DNA of 49,108 bases, counting the filler, from Sphacelaria rigidula (taxonomy: Eukaryota): assembly GCA_964200075.2 (NCBI GenBank). It is 3 parts of 3 records of this genome, joined end to end, with 100 filler letters (N's around TTAATTAATTAA, not from the genome) between each part and the next. Parts side by side here need not be neighbours in the genome. Positions count along the whole stretch, not along the records: positions 1 to 16,305 come from CAXNAA020001402.1; 2 more parts are not named here. One strand, 5' to 3'. Under the pieces are notes generated by a model. That model did not search any database. It saw only the letters and a program-made list of their open reading frames with translations, and had not been told where the DNA came from. A program made the position numbers and the translations under genes. Numbering within the stretch: the first letter of the stretch is position 1; every line of letters starts with the position of its first letter. Positions 1 to 12,847 of this stretch are shown piece by piece.

Positions 1-191
1 AAGCGCGAAGTGACGTGGTGTGTTCGGCGAGTCGCATGAAGGGTGAGCTGCATCCTGCAGAGATTGTTCGGCCCGAAGCCTACTCATTATCTTGCTTTTT
101 AATGACAGCCTACAACGACTTGCTTCATTTTCTGGTATCGCCACTCTCAGAGACTGCCACGGCTTTTACACTGCCTCATGGGTGTCTCACC
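1..191 (-). mobile_element. Family A (~330-bp SINE-like repeat), partial copy
   Basis: Aligns by eye with 47390-47580 and 30229-30380, and with the reverse complement of 39655-39835. Confidence 0.8.
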
Positions 192-3100
192 TGGGAGGGG
201 GGGGGGATGGGGGGGTCATTGGGCCTCGCGGCTTCGTCGCTCGCCCCCGATTTTTTCCTAGCATATCGGTATAACTGGAAGACATCGATAAACTGACCGC
301 TGGCACGGCCACTCTAGACTTGACCGACCAGAGCTGCCAGTTAACAACCATATAATCGTATCTGCTGCTGGCGCGATAACTGCTCACGATGGGCTCCCGC
401 ATGATGACGACGTCAAGTCGTCCGTAGGAAATAAGGAGCTTAGTCATGACCGGCGCTCCGTCTACCGCAGTTAGCGTCAACGGAAACAGCCCCGGTAGTT
501 GAGGGCATAGATCGCTTGGCTCCATCCACATTTCTAGCTCATGAACGACAACAGAGCGCATAATCATCCCAACTGATGACTATTGTGATGCGTGCGCAAT
601 ATTTCTCAACGTACGTCGTCTGCCATCCACTTCCCTCGGCGTCTACAGCCTTGCTGCGCTTTTCGAGTGCTATAGAGGGGGACTCCGGGCGCTCGAATTT
701 TCGAGCCCCGCATCTTTCCCCTTGCCCTGGAGGAAATTGTTCAACTTTCGGACCTTCAGTAGTTGCCAAAAGTGGACGTCACAAATTTTGTTCGGTATAA
801 TAATGTATGTCCTTCTTCTGCCCCTTTGCTTTGCATCGTGTGCGCTCTCTGCTTCCCGTGGTGTGATAGCATGACGATAGCATGACGATGGCATCGCGAT
901 AGCATGACGAGGCACGGCTAGATCCAAACGAAGTAGCAGTTTGGGCCCATTTACTGGAAACGTGAACCGCAGAAATGCAGAAAAGCAACGCAGAAGTTTG
1001 AGATTTGAATGGCAAATGGCCACTGTGATTTTCCTTGGGCAAGAAGCGTTCGGATTCCTTCCTGTGGTCAAACAGTCATAGCGCCGCAAGTACGGGGTGA
1101 ACAATCACTGCCGGCACGTCATGACCCTCCTTGCACCGACATCTCACTCTCCGCCCGCTTGACCCAATAGGCAATCATGAATCATTCCAATTCGCGGAAG
1201 CACAAGCAGAGTGGCATAAAAACGATACAAGAGATGAAGGAATATCGGTGGTTGAGACATAAAAGCACCTTCAACGGGCGAGTGTTGAGGCTGAACAAAA
1301 ATGAGTCTTGAGTTTTCCGACTGCGGTTCCTCGAAAATCTCTCATCAACCTGATCGTAAATATGGTTTTCATATGAAAGCCGTATATCAATTGTACTCTC
1401 ATACTCATGGCCAGGCCGACAGCCTAGATGCATGGAACACGCATGGACTGTGTCGTACAGTACATCTGCTGCATTGTGCTGTACTCTGGTACTCAAGGCA
1501 TCGTACAGTGATCGCAAAAATCAACGCGAGCTGTTATGCACCACCACAAGGTCGAAGGATCCACAATGACTGTGTCATGATTCACTGTACTACGTGTTTC
1601 AGCGTCGATCATGTCGAATGCTTACGCACGCGCTTTGTTCGTTGCACATACCAAATGACTGAACAATAAAACAAACAGCAACAGACAGGACAGTGGACAC
1701 AAATCCTCGTATATCTCCGACACCAAAAAACGATGAGTATGTTTTGGGGATACTGCTCGCCGATACTAAACCCAAGATTATTACTCATGTGCCACACACG
1801 AAGCTGTCCATTTGATAAATTAAACCACTCAGCACCTACTTCGAGTTTTGGAGAGGAGTTGATGTGAACCGCGTTCCCCCGCACATCTTCCTGAGAAGCG
1901 CTAGCCAGGATGTGCGGTTCTGTCGGGTAGTTTCGAGCGGACCGTGGAATGCCTTCAAAGAGAAACGCAACTCAGTCTGACGTGGGTTTCTCTCAAAATT
2001 CGCTCCAGCCGCCGAAACAAAACGCGCTGATTGTCGACTGCTTCTCAAGCGTACGAACGTCTTGGCCCAACTTTGGGCACACAGCGTGCCGTCCGTGCCG
2101 GAAACTTCTGGGAATTTGCCACGTCCTTGTGCGTTCACGTGTTCATGTTCATGATCATGTGTACATAGGTGGCTTCGCAGCAGAGCATTCTGCTTCACTC
2201 TCTGGCGACGCAGCAACCACGCATTATTTTGTTCTTGTTCTACATGAAAAAAATATCACATCGTGCATCTCGTGTGCATTCTAAGGGCGCTCCTTTCGAG
2301 TGGGTGGCAAGGAACGAAGCTTTTTGCCAACATTTGCAAAAATTACGCCCCGTGTGTGATAACCAGCAGCGTGGCTTCCACTTCCAGTAAAGAACCAGTC
2401 GGCCTGCTTGAGCTCGCCTCGCGGTCTACTTGCTTGCAGTGTTTCATTTCTTCCGCTAACAGAATCTTGCACGAAACAGCTCCAGGAGTGAACTACATGT
2501 GCGGTATCATACACCTGTGTGTTTTTTTTTCGACACAGGTTGGCCGACAAACGGGCTGGGGGCATTATCATGTGTCTTGCGAAGGCTAAGGTGTACATGT
2601 GATCCAAACGTGTCGCAAACACTGGTCTCTGTCTCCAGCTTGGCTACCTACATTTATGTGGCGTACCTATTGTTCACTACAGTGGCGCTAGCTGTGGGCG
2701 GCGTAGTTGTAGTTATACAAAATGTGCACGCGAATTGATCTGACCCGCGTCTCTTCCTATATCTGCTGGACAGTCAATGGGTCTAAGGACAGTTCCCCTT
2801 TTTGTCACATTGGACTATTCATCAAAGTGTTTCACGTGTTAAAATTTCATTCGCGCTGCCCCCAGAACATGGAACCCAGAAGTCAAATAGTGGCAAATGG
2901 CGACGATGACCTAGGAGGCTGCGACGCCTCCATGGTCATCAGCTGGCAGGGTGGGTGCGGGGGACTGGGTAGCGGGGCTAGCTTCCAGCGAATGGTAGTT
3001 TCCAGCTAATATTACGCCAGGTGATGAGGGAAAACAATTCAATGAACTTGGGAAACGCACAGATTTGCTGGAATCACATTCCTCAACCCCCTTCGCCTTA

Positions 3101-3193
3101 CGATACCAACTGTAGGAATCACGATGTCTTCTTATTTTACGTCTTCTTGAGTAACGAAACTCCTCGGGTACAGAGCGATTGGCGTCAAAACGT

Positions 3194-3593
3194 CCAAGGT
3201 TGTCTGTAGGGTACGGGTATCTTCGGTAGGGTATAGGACTCCTGCCAGAACTTACAGAGCTATCGGGTACCGGTATGGAAGAACTAACAGAAACTGTCGG
3301 GTAGGGTATGGGAGGCTTACGGAACTCGCAGCACTTGTCGGGTAGGGTATGAATGTTGCACAGAAAACCGAACCCACAGCTGGGTGATTTCACAAGAGTA
3401 TACCTGCGCCTCGGGTACGGGTAAACATTCTGTACAGAACATACACAACTGTCGGGTACTGGTATGAGAGTCTCACCGAACTCACGCATCTATCGGATAG
3501 GGGTATAAAAGTGTTATGGAAGTCACAGAACTGTCGGGTACGGGTAATCCCGGGGAAAATACCCCGAGTATGAAAAAAAGCCGTACCCCTCAG
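3194..3593. mobile_element. Family D MITE with internal ~30-bp tandem units
   Basis: Starts CCAAGGTTGT and has repeated CAGAACTGTCGGGTACGGGT units. Same family as the copies at 12848 and 14047. Confidence 0.7.
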
Positions 3594-4107
3594 AGTGCAT
3601 CCTTCGACACGACCACCGTCAACGCGGATGGCCTGCACCTTGCTAATTCATGCCCCTGGTGGCGCAGATGAACCGGCCCCAATTGCGACACCATTCGAGT
3701 GGGATCCATCCTGACGGTCTGCATTGCCATTCATGTTTAATATTTCCACTAGGTGCACGGTAACCCGCTAGTGTACGAATTTCCAAATTTGAGTTTTTCA
3801 GGGGTCTACACGTTACACGTTCACGTTCACGTCACGTTCATCACGTAAAAAATATTTAACGTTCACCTTACGTTACGTATGTCGCGTGATATAAATTTGA
3901 ACGTTACGTTTCGTTACACGTAACGTAATATGAAACGTTTCAATGTCACGTGTGACGTCTAATACAACGTTACGTGGACACGTGTAACGTTCGAATGTAA
4001 CGTTTCATTCTATGCATGTCACGGTCCATTCATCAGTGTTTGAGGCGTGGTAACGTGTCGTTTAACGCGTGATGGTACCGTGTACGTGACGCTGACGGTG
4101 ACCCGTC

Positions 4108-5570
4108 GGCTAGTTCTCATGTATGAGAAAAAACTCTATATAAAAAGCGTTTTCATCAACCCACTTCTTATGTGGTCAGAAAACGCGTTTGAAATCCCGC
4201 CGCACGCCAACACATCCTCCAACCCACGACGGCAGCCATGGGTGGCTTGGCTGCCATCACCACTGCTGTCGCTGGTGCTCGCGGGTAGTCAGCGTGTTGC
4301 TTCATTGTCTTTCGCTCGTCAGTATCACAGTGGCTCTTTACCCCTTGAGAACAGCACAGGGCAGGGTCGATGACGAGTGCTGTACACGCTGTGTATAGTT
4401 TGCACAGACAGTATTGTAGCTCGCATTTCAGGTCTGTGCATGCAGCGTGATGCGAACAGAACTCGTGATGCAGTACAGACTACCCACGCACCCAAGACTT
4501 GTGGAGACAGGACCGCACTGACCGTACACACAAGACTACAGAATAAGCAGTAGTGCTGCTGCTGTAGTGTCTACAGGGCTTGGGTGCTTGGGCAGTCTGT
4601 ACTGTATTCGAGTGCTGTTTGCAACACGCTGCATGCATAGAACTCAACTGAGCTACTGGTACATTACTGTACAACCTACATACAGAGTGTCTGACAGCAC
4701 TCGCCGTGGACCCTGCCCTGCTTTGTTCTGATGGGGGTAGGGGGTAAGGGCCATTACGCTACTGGCGAGCGAAGGACAACAAAGCAAAACGCTGACTGCC
4801 CGCGAGCAGCAGCGACAGCAGTGATGATGGTAGCCAAGCCATCACTACAAACAAGGTTTTCGTGAGATTGAGACTAAAGGATACGATTGAGAGTGAAAAG
4901 CGGTCACTCAGTGAATTATCCGTTTCAGTTCCGAAATGCCCCTCCACGAGGCCCAATATGCCTTCTGAATAACTTGCCACTGAGGCCCTTGATATCCTCA
5001 AGTAGGATATCGAGTAAAGCTACACGCCAGTGGTGGAGGGGAGAAAAAGCGCACACGGAATGAATAATTAGCCAAGTTGAAGCGAATGAACAAAGCCACT
5101 CCCAGTCAGCGCTCTACTCTTAATCTCACGAAAAAGTTTACAGCCAATGCATACAATACAGCAGTATTATGTGTACTCTCGTCCGTGCTTTCCTTCCAGT
5201 CAAGTACTACCGTGCAATGAAAAGCACAACCGTCACTTCTACAGTCAGCTATGAGTACAGCAAGGTGGTGTTCGTATTGATCGTCTTGCGTCACGCAGCC
5301 CACCATGTATTGCGCCGGCAATGTATCACAGTAGTGCAGTCAGCACGGACCGTATACCGCGACACGACAGCAGAGTGCTGCGTCTATCTCGCGCGCCCCA
5401 GAATTTGAAATTATGCCTGCACACCTCATAAAAGACGATGAGCACTGCGTTTCCAATTTCGACAGCGCGTTGATTACGTGAGAAAGGCTACTTTGAAAAT
5501 TTATGTGAAAAATCGCGCTGTTGAAAAACGGCTTTTCTGACAACGTGTTTTTTATACATGAAAAGTAGCC
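4108..5570. mobile_element. PIF/Harbinger-like non-autonomous element, copy 1
   Basis: Termini GGCTAGTTCTCATGTAT and ATACATGAAAAGTAGCC. Internal inverted repeat at 4240-4385 / 4693-4843. Inverted homolog of 6712-7956. Confidence 0.6.
4857..5134. mobile_element. ~280-bp MITE
   Basis: TIR TTTTCGTGAGATT(G/A)AGA. A diverged inverted copy lies at about 19697-19960. Confidence 0.65.
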
Positions 5571-6197
5571 TTGAATGTGGTCGAGATTATGATGTCATGA
5601 TTGTGACGTGTGGTGGGGAGAGCGCGAAATTTCTGCAATAGTACCATACCTATACCATGGTAAATCAAACTCACTCGTGTTTATTGAAGCGCCATCTTCT
5701 AGAATTTCAAAATTCTTCGCAAACTTGAAGTTTCACCACTTCATGTGACGTGTTCATGACGTTTCATGTAACGTGTAACGTAACATATTACGTTACGTGT
5801 GACGTGTAACGTCTAATGCACGTGTAACGTGTACGAGCTGGGCCAGCTTGAAAGCTGCCAAAAGTTGCTCACACCACAGCTTCCCCAGTTTCCCGAATGA
5901 ACCCGATGTAAGTATAACACCGTGAACTGCTGACCCACCTGATGGCAAAGGACTGCTTCGCTGTTCGATTGGCGTCGTATTGCCGATGACGTTATTGTAC
6001 TGCGTAGAGTACAGGGTGGGTCTGATATCGTTGAGCGATAGCGTGTCGGAGTGCGTTTTTTTTTTCAATGCGGCGAGTTCACGTCAGCAATCACCGCGCA
6101 CTGGGTATTGGTGGGGTGCAGCAGTGTCACGGAAAATGTCGAACGCACGGCCCAATTCTACGAGTCTTGAGCTGAAATTCCAGGAAGACCTTCTTGA

Positions 6198-8030
6198 TTT
6201 GATTTGATTGATTGTCGCACTTTAACTGATCCCCCAGGGGTCCAGCCGTGGTCTCATGATACACGTGATTGATTTGATTGATTTGATTGATTTGATTGAT
6301 TGATTGACTGTCGCACTTTAACTGACCCCCCCGGGATCCAGCCGTGGTCTCATGATAGACGTACCCAACAAAAACGAAACTCAAAAACGCTCGAAGGAGG
6401 AAAAAAAAAGGAACAGAAACAGAAAAAATAGAAACAGAAAAAGAAAAAAAACGAGAGTGGTCGAAGAGATCGACATATCAGACTAAGTCGTGACAAAAAA
6501 AGAAATAAAAAAGTCAACACAAGCAAAGCACGGAATCAAATGACCGACCTAAAGCAAGAAAAAGGAAAACAAGAGGAGAGTACAAAGCAAACAAAATAAA
6601 GAAGTACACAAGAAAACGAAATTCAAACACGTGCTAAGGTAAAAATAAAAAAAGAATGAAAAGAATAAAAATTCAACACAAGCAAAGCACAGAAAGAAAT
6701 GGCCGACCTGAGGCTACTTCTTATGTATAAAAAAACACGTTGTCAGAAAAGCCCTTTTTCAACAACACGTTTTCCAACAGAAATTTTCAAACTAGCCCTT
6801 CTTACGNNNNNNNNNNGCACTATCAACATTGAAAACGCAGTGTTCATCGTTTTCTATGAGGTGTGCAGGCATAATTTCAAATTCGGGGGCGCGCGAGAGA
6901 GACACAGCACTCTGCTGCCCTGTCGTGGTGTACGGTCAGTACTGGCTGTCTGTGCTACTGTGATACATTGCCTGAGCAATACAGTACATGGTGGGCTGCG
7001 TGACGCAAGACAATCAATAAGAACACCGCCTTGCTGTACCAACTGACTGTATAAGTGACGGTTGTGCTGTTTCACTGCACGGTAGTACTTGGCTGAAATG
7101 ACAGCACGGAGAACAGCACACACAACAGTGCTGTATTGCATGCATTGGCTGTAGTACTACAACAGTAACACTAATCGTAGTCTTGTGTGTACTGTCAGTA
7201 CGGTCCTGTATCTACTGTACAAGGCTTGGGTGCATAGGTAGTCTGTACTGCAAAGCGACGTCTCTTCGCGACATGCTGCATGCACAGACCCGAACTAAGC
7301 TGCAAGTTCGCTGCACTGTTGTGGTACTCGGTTGCACGGGCAGCACAGAGAACAGTACAGACACTACTGTTGTGTTGTATGCGTTGTATGTACTACAGTA
7401 GTAGCACTACCCATCTTATAGTCTTGTGTGTACTGTCTCCGGTCCTGTCTTTCCAAGGCTTGGGTGCGTCCTGTTCGCAACATGCTACGTGCACAGACAT
7501 GATCTGAGCTACAATATTGCACAGACCACATACAACACAGACTGTCTTGTCGGTACAGCAGTCGTCATCGACCCTGCGCTCTGCTGTTCTCATGGGGTAC
7601 AGGGCCACCACGCTACTGGCGAGCGAAGGACAATGATGCAACACGCTGAATGCCCGCCAGCACCAGCGACAGCAGTAGCAGTGATGGCAGCCAAGCCATC
7701 ACAGGTGCTGTCGTGGGCTGTAAGGTGTGTTCAAACGTGTTCAAATAAGGCTCAAACGCTTTTTCGATAACATTTTTCGATAGCCCGAGGCTATCGCAAA
7801 ATCCTGATTTATTGATAACTTTGGGCTATCGGAAAATGTCATCAGAAAATATTCCATCAGAGAACGCGTTTTCTGATCACATAGTAAGTGGCTTTTTGGT
7901 CATTTATCAGAAAACGCGTTTTCTGATAGAGTTTTTTCGATATATAAGGAGTAGCCTAAAGCAAGAAAAAGGGAAACAAGAGGAACGTACAACGCAAATA
8001 GAATAAATGCAATGAAACGGTGGGAAAAAA
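6198..8030 (-). mobile_element. Family C copy with a duplicated tail, interrupted by a Harbinger-like element at 6712-7956
   Basis: Two successive tails with (ATTG)n at 6198-6360. The UTR sequence GGCCGACC|TAAAGCAAGAAAAAGG resumes at 7957 after the insertion. Confidence 0.75.
6712..7956. mobile_element. PIF/Harbinger-like non-autonomous element, copy 2
   Basis: TIR GGCTAC(T/C)CTTAT-like at both ends, flanked by TGA and TAA. The empty site in other family C copies reads CC-TAA-AG, consistent with a TAA TSD. Confidence 0.7.
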
Positions 8031-8460
8031 TCTTCTGCACCCAAGAAACTGATACTGCACGAGTTCAGCTGCAGATTCTCCTTTGTTTCCTGGACTTACG
8101 GCATTATCTAATTTTTTTCTGAACTTTCGAATCCTCATAACTTCCTTATTTTTTATTTTTTCATGTACTGCTCTCGTGATCTTCTGCATGTCGATCATAA
8201 AAAGCTTCTGTCAAATTTTCAGCGTCCAACTCTTAATATCTCGCCGTGCGTCGCCTGAGCGAGGTTCGCGCCTACTCTTGGCTGGCCCAGCTCGTAATAG
8301 ATGTTACACGTTACATGAAACATTTCATATTACGTGTTTTGAACGTTTGGGCATTTAAAAGTCCACGTTGCGTTACACGTATATCACGTGGATAAAATTT
8401 AACGTTACGTTCACGTTACGTTCATCACATGAAAATAATTTAACGTTCACGTTACGTTCA

Positions 8461-8595
8461 TACCCTGGACAGTGGAATACCCGGTAAAAAAATGTGCTGC
8501 GTACAGTATGGAACCTATTGTCTATTGCACACTATCAACAGATTCCATACTGTACGCAGTACATTTTTATACCGGGTATTATATTGTCTAGGGTA
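8461..8595. mobile_element. Hairpin MITE flanked by TA (Tc1/mariner-type)
   Basis: ~50-bp inverted arms TACCCTGGACA..TGCGTACAGTATGGAA and TTCCATACTGTACGCA..TGTCTAGGGTA. Confidence 0.7.
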
Positions 8596-11104
8596 TGGTT
8601 ACATTTCGGCCTAAACATAACGTGAACGTAGCGTGTAACGCTGTGGCACGTGTAACGTGTAGACCCCTGAAAAATTTCGCGGGGGAACATACCGCTCCGC
8701 TTTTTACGCTGCCACCAACCTCCAGGTTTTGCACTGCAAAACGATCAATTCGTAGGTCAGCTTAACCTGGTTAACCAGACGATGAAATATCGCACCATTT
8801 TTGAAAATTGCATCTGCCACCCCCCCAAACCTGGCACACTCACCACAGCACCAGGGAACTACAAATTTGATGCGTGTGCATATCAAAAGTTCAAATGTGG
8901 AATGAGCACTGGCATCCGTGACGGTGTATAACACCCCCTCCCGCTGCCTACCCCCCACGATGACATGATTTCAATCTCCATGTTGAGATCGCCACACGTT
9001 TTACCAATTAAATCACAGTGGAAGGGACTGGTGAATGAAATTCTGCTATACTTCTGTGTCTTGCTTCACGAGAAAATCAGGCCTAACAATACTTGGCAAC
9101 GTGTGTCAGGAAGCTGTTATACCTCGTACACGGTGCGGCGAAACTGTCTCGTTCGTTCCTCCTGCCGGCAACACAACACAGTTCATGAAACACCGATGCA
9201 GCAAGTGCAATGCAGCACAATAGTATCAATCCATACCTCTTCCTGAAGAGAGGCTTCTCTATCCGCTTCCGCGTTCCCCCTTTGTTTTGTCTGATCCAGA
9301 GCCTGAGCAGACTCGAACGCCGCAGCGACCCCTGTCGCGCTCATTCCCAAACAGCGAATAGCCAACAGGCCCCGGGCAATTTTGAATTTTGCCGGAGTAC
9401 TACCTAAAGCTCTCTGGGGCCTACGGTGATGTTGTCGGCGACTTGGTAGTCTGCGGTCTGCAGCGTCTGTACCATATCCTAGGAGAATGGATCGTGGGCT
9501 GCGGGGCTAGCTGCGGAGTGGAAGATACGTCTTTGATACTGGCTGTTGAATCGATCGCCGCTTTGGGAGCATGTCCCCTTCATTCGAGCGTGGGAAGCTA
9601 GGTATTTTTTTGTGAATGTTAGAACATGACCACTGCGATCGTATTAGCTGTAGCTGTATCAACGAAGAACGATCCAGCCAGCGCTCACTCTCGTACCTCG
9701 TACTAGTCGGTGCTGACAGCGACGGCATCTTGTAGTCATGAAAGGTGAACGATTTTACGGATTTCTTCTGAGTTGCCTTTTTTGTTGGCGTTGTATCTCA
9801 CTGCACCCTTCGTTCGACTGGTCATATCATGTGTATGTCCTCTCGGCGTGTACAATAATACGTAGGGCACAATACACAACATACGACACACAACACACAA
9901 CACAACACCGAAGATCGGCTCCGTACAACTTGTACAGAGTACATTCAGGGCTGCGCATTCACTGAACATGCCGTAGTTACGATGCAAGGATCATATGGTA
10001 TACGTGCAGTATTCAACCCAGCGTCTATTTATGCCGTTTGCGTGGCACAGCGCATCATCAGCAAAACTATCATAGTAGCCCGAGTACATACATGAACGCT
10101 TTGCGTGTCAGGATTGTTCACAATCCAGTATAGAACGCAAGATTGGATAGTACATTGCAGTGCATGCTCACCGTAAAACATCCGACCCAAATACGCGTAC
10201 AAACCATCTCTCGTCACGAACATGATATAAGCGAACAAGATGCGGAAATGCTATTCGCGCGGGGAGGGCCCATACTGCGAGACTGCGATACCAGCGGGAT
10301 GCTACGTCGGCGACGGGGATGAGGTGCAATTGGTATGGCCAGGAGCGCCTTGCACCATGAACACGTGTTGCTGTTGTGTTAATGCAGGCGAGACATGCGC
10401 TGACAGAGAGTATCCATATTCGCCCCGGTCTCGGTCAGTGCACGATGCCCCCGCCCTCCGTTCGACATGCGGAACTTATCCACGGCATCTGTCTACTCAT
10501 GTCCATATATGTACCCCTCTGTACTCGCGACTGCCTCGTGCAGGGTTCATGTAAATATAATACAGGGTGAAGACAGGACGTTGAGCACATGTATCCTGCT
10601 GTTGGTATTGCATGCATTCAAAATACATGGCCCATAATCCGCAATTTTATTGATTTCATGTTGAGACTGATTCTTCACAGTTCATACTTTTTAGGGGGCG
10701 TATTTTACACTTTTGGGACATTTGACGCGGTTTGTGACCCCCAAAGAGTAAATATCGCCATCAAACGCCTTGAACACTCCGCATCGCCCCACCGAGGAGA
10801 GCCTAGTCCACTTTTTCGATTTGCTTAGCTCCGAGGTTTCGAGAACGGCCTCTGGACTGATATATACGGCTGGGGGGGGAAATGCGGTGCTTGCAGGTAT
10901 TTTCACAGGGCTAGATTCTTCTCGGTGGAGCGATGCAAAGTGTCCACGACGTGGGATGATGATATGCCCTGTTCGGGGGACGAAAACCGTTGCCGCATGA
11001 CCCAGCGGTGGAGAATACAACCCCAGAAAATACCAGTTATAGTGAGAAACGATCTGAAGCTCCTCGTCATCGCTTCGCGGTTTAACATGAAGATCACAGA
11101 TTTG

Positions 11105-12370
11105 ATTGAGTGTTCAAGTTGAAGGTCGGATGTTCAAGTTGATGGTCGACTCCCTCCCCCGTCAAGTCGTCAACTTGAACACGTCGATGTTCCACTTGAG
11201 CGTGTGGCTTCGAGTTGAGATCTGAACTTTCAACTCGAAAGTGTGAATTCAAACTTGAGCCGTCACGTTGAAAATCAAACTTTCAAATAAAATGTCAACC
11301 TTTTGACTGCGATTCTCGGAAGTTTTTCACCGGCTGACAGTCCGGGGACACCCGGGGGGTTCCACACGGCGAGGGGGTGGGTTTTGACAGGGGTTTGTGT
11401 CGGGGCCGTGTGAACAGCCAGAAATCTCATTAGGTCAACCATGTGGGTTTGGAAGTTTCCCACGGAAACTTGTCAATCAGGAACGAGGCCCGAGAGGGGT
11501 GGAGTGACCATTTTGAGAGCTATGATTGATCAGAATGGTCAGTATGCCACACCTCAGACAGACGGAAGATGAACTACCTCGCAATCCAGCTGCATTTTCC
11601 ATTTTTGTCATGGCCATTCAACTATGAGTAAAATTGGCATGAACAGTGTGCTTTCACTCTCTTGGTGGTCTTTGCCACCTGCCTGACCCTTCTTTTGTTG
11701 CCAGCACATACTCACCGTCTGCAGTGTTGCTGTGGAACATTGTACAGAGGCACTCGCACCGTGTATCGGACTATGTTCATTGGAGAGCGCTGGCGCGCTT
11801 TATGTTTCTTACCGTTGTTTCCAGCGAAGACATACAACACACGCACTGACTCTGCACGCCCTTGACTGCAGGGTAAGGACAGGTCAGGAGTTCTCCGGGA
11901 CTGTTTTCTATCTATAAGCCCAACATTCACGTGTACATGAAAAACGATGTTGTGTGTAGTGAAGAAACAGCTGTTCTGAAACCCAAATGTGTCATAGTTA
12001 ATCAGAGTCCGTCTGATGGAGGTTCGCAGTCCAAGGACTGATCGCGTAGGCCGGTCAGGGGTCAAAGCCTCAATCTAGAGGCCAACCATTGACTTGAAGC
12101 GTCAACATAAGAACGATTCATGTTCAGTTTTAGGATTCGCCTTCATATTGAAGCTGTCATTCTGAAGTAAGACTTCGAAGCGGGGGTGACTATTCAATTT
12201 GAGCTGTGGGGTTCCAAGTTGAAGCCTCATCGCTCACGCTTCAACTTGAGGGTTGTGGGTTCGATATGAAGGCTCCGCTTGAAGCTGTGACTCTCACAGC
12301 GAGTATTCAAGGCTCACATTATAACCCGGAACCCCAACGTGAATATTTCAAGTCAACATGAACATTCAGC
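11105..12370. mobile_element. Probable non-autonomous DNA element with TTCAAGTTGA/TTCAACTTGA subterminal motifs
   Basis: The motif is clustered at 11108-11290 and 12090-12365, with imperfect inverted termini TGAGTGTTCAAGTTGA and TCAACATGAACATTCA. Confidence 0.45.
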
Positions 12371-12661
12371 TGGTGTTTGCGATGACAGCGACATCCCTCA
12401 TAGCCGCAGCAGCAATGCTCTCACACAGTTTGACCTGTCGTGCGCCTACGCTGGGTGCTTCTTTCAGCGACATGATCGTTGTGGTTCGTAAGTTATCATG
12501 GCGACGTATATGCCAGACATGCACGCACAACCAAAGCCAGCTGTGATGCGAATGGCCCATCGTGATGCACAGTGAACGGGCACACGCAGCGAGTAGCATT
12601 ATCTGGCAATGCGGTGTGTGTCTGCCCTGCCTGCACACAAGCTCAGCCATGAAGAAGCAGC

Positions 12662-12740
12662 AACGGTGCTCCGTCTCGAAAGGGATGCGTGGTCAATGGT
12701 CAAACGACTAAGGCAAGCAACAAATGAGTATGCCCCCCTC
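12662..12740 (+). mobile_element. Family B extreme 3' tail
   Basis: AACGGTGCTCCGTCTCGAAAGGGATGCGTGGTCAATGGTCAAACGACTAAGGCAAGCAACAAATGAGTATGCCCCCC. Confidence 0.8.
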
Positions 12741-12847
12741 TTTACATTTTGCTCTGTTGTTGTTCACTGACATTTATATCTCCATCGATTGCTGTGCCTG
12801 TCTTTTTCGCATTTTCTCTTTTATTGACAGTGCCGTTTCTGTATACT

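Larger units (their letters stand above)
3799..8669. mobile_element. Non-autonomous TIR DNA transposon (hAT-like termini) with nested insertions
   Basis: Terminal inverted repeat CAGGGGTCTACACGTTACACGT at 3799 and its complement ending at 8669. Dense subterminal CACGTT/ACGTTA arrays at 3810-4100, 5745-5835 and 8300-8660. No clean 8-bp TSD is visible. Confidence 0.7.

Noticed and set aside
187..800. 126-aa and 76-aa minus-strand ORFs
   Set aside because: They have no recognisable domain or consistent splice signals, and they run into a family A repeat.
3194..3593. Regularly spaced ~30-bp repeats (also at 12848-13382, 14047-14558 and 35480-35720) that superficially resemble a CRISPR array
   Set aside because: The units are degenerate tandem repeats without unique spacers and lie between TIRs. 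The DNA is eukaryotic and has no cas genes.
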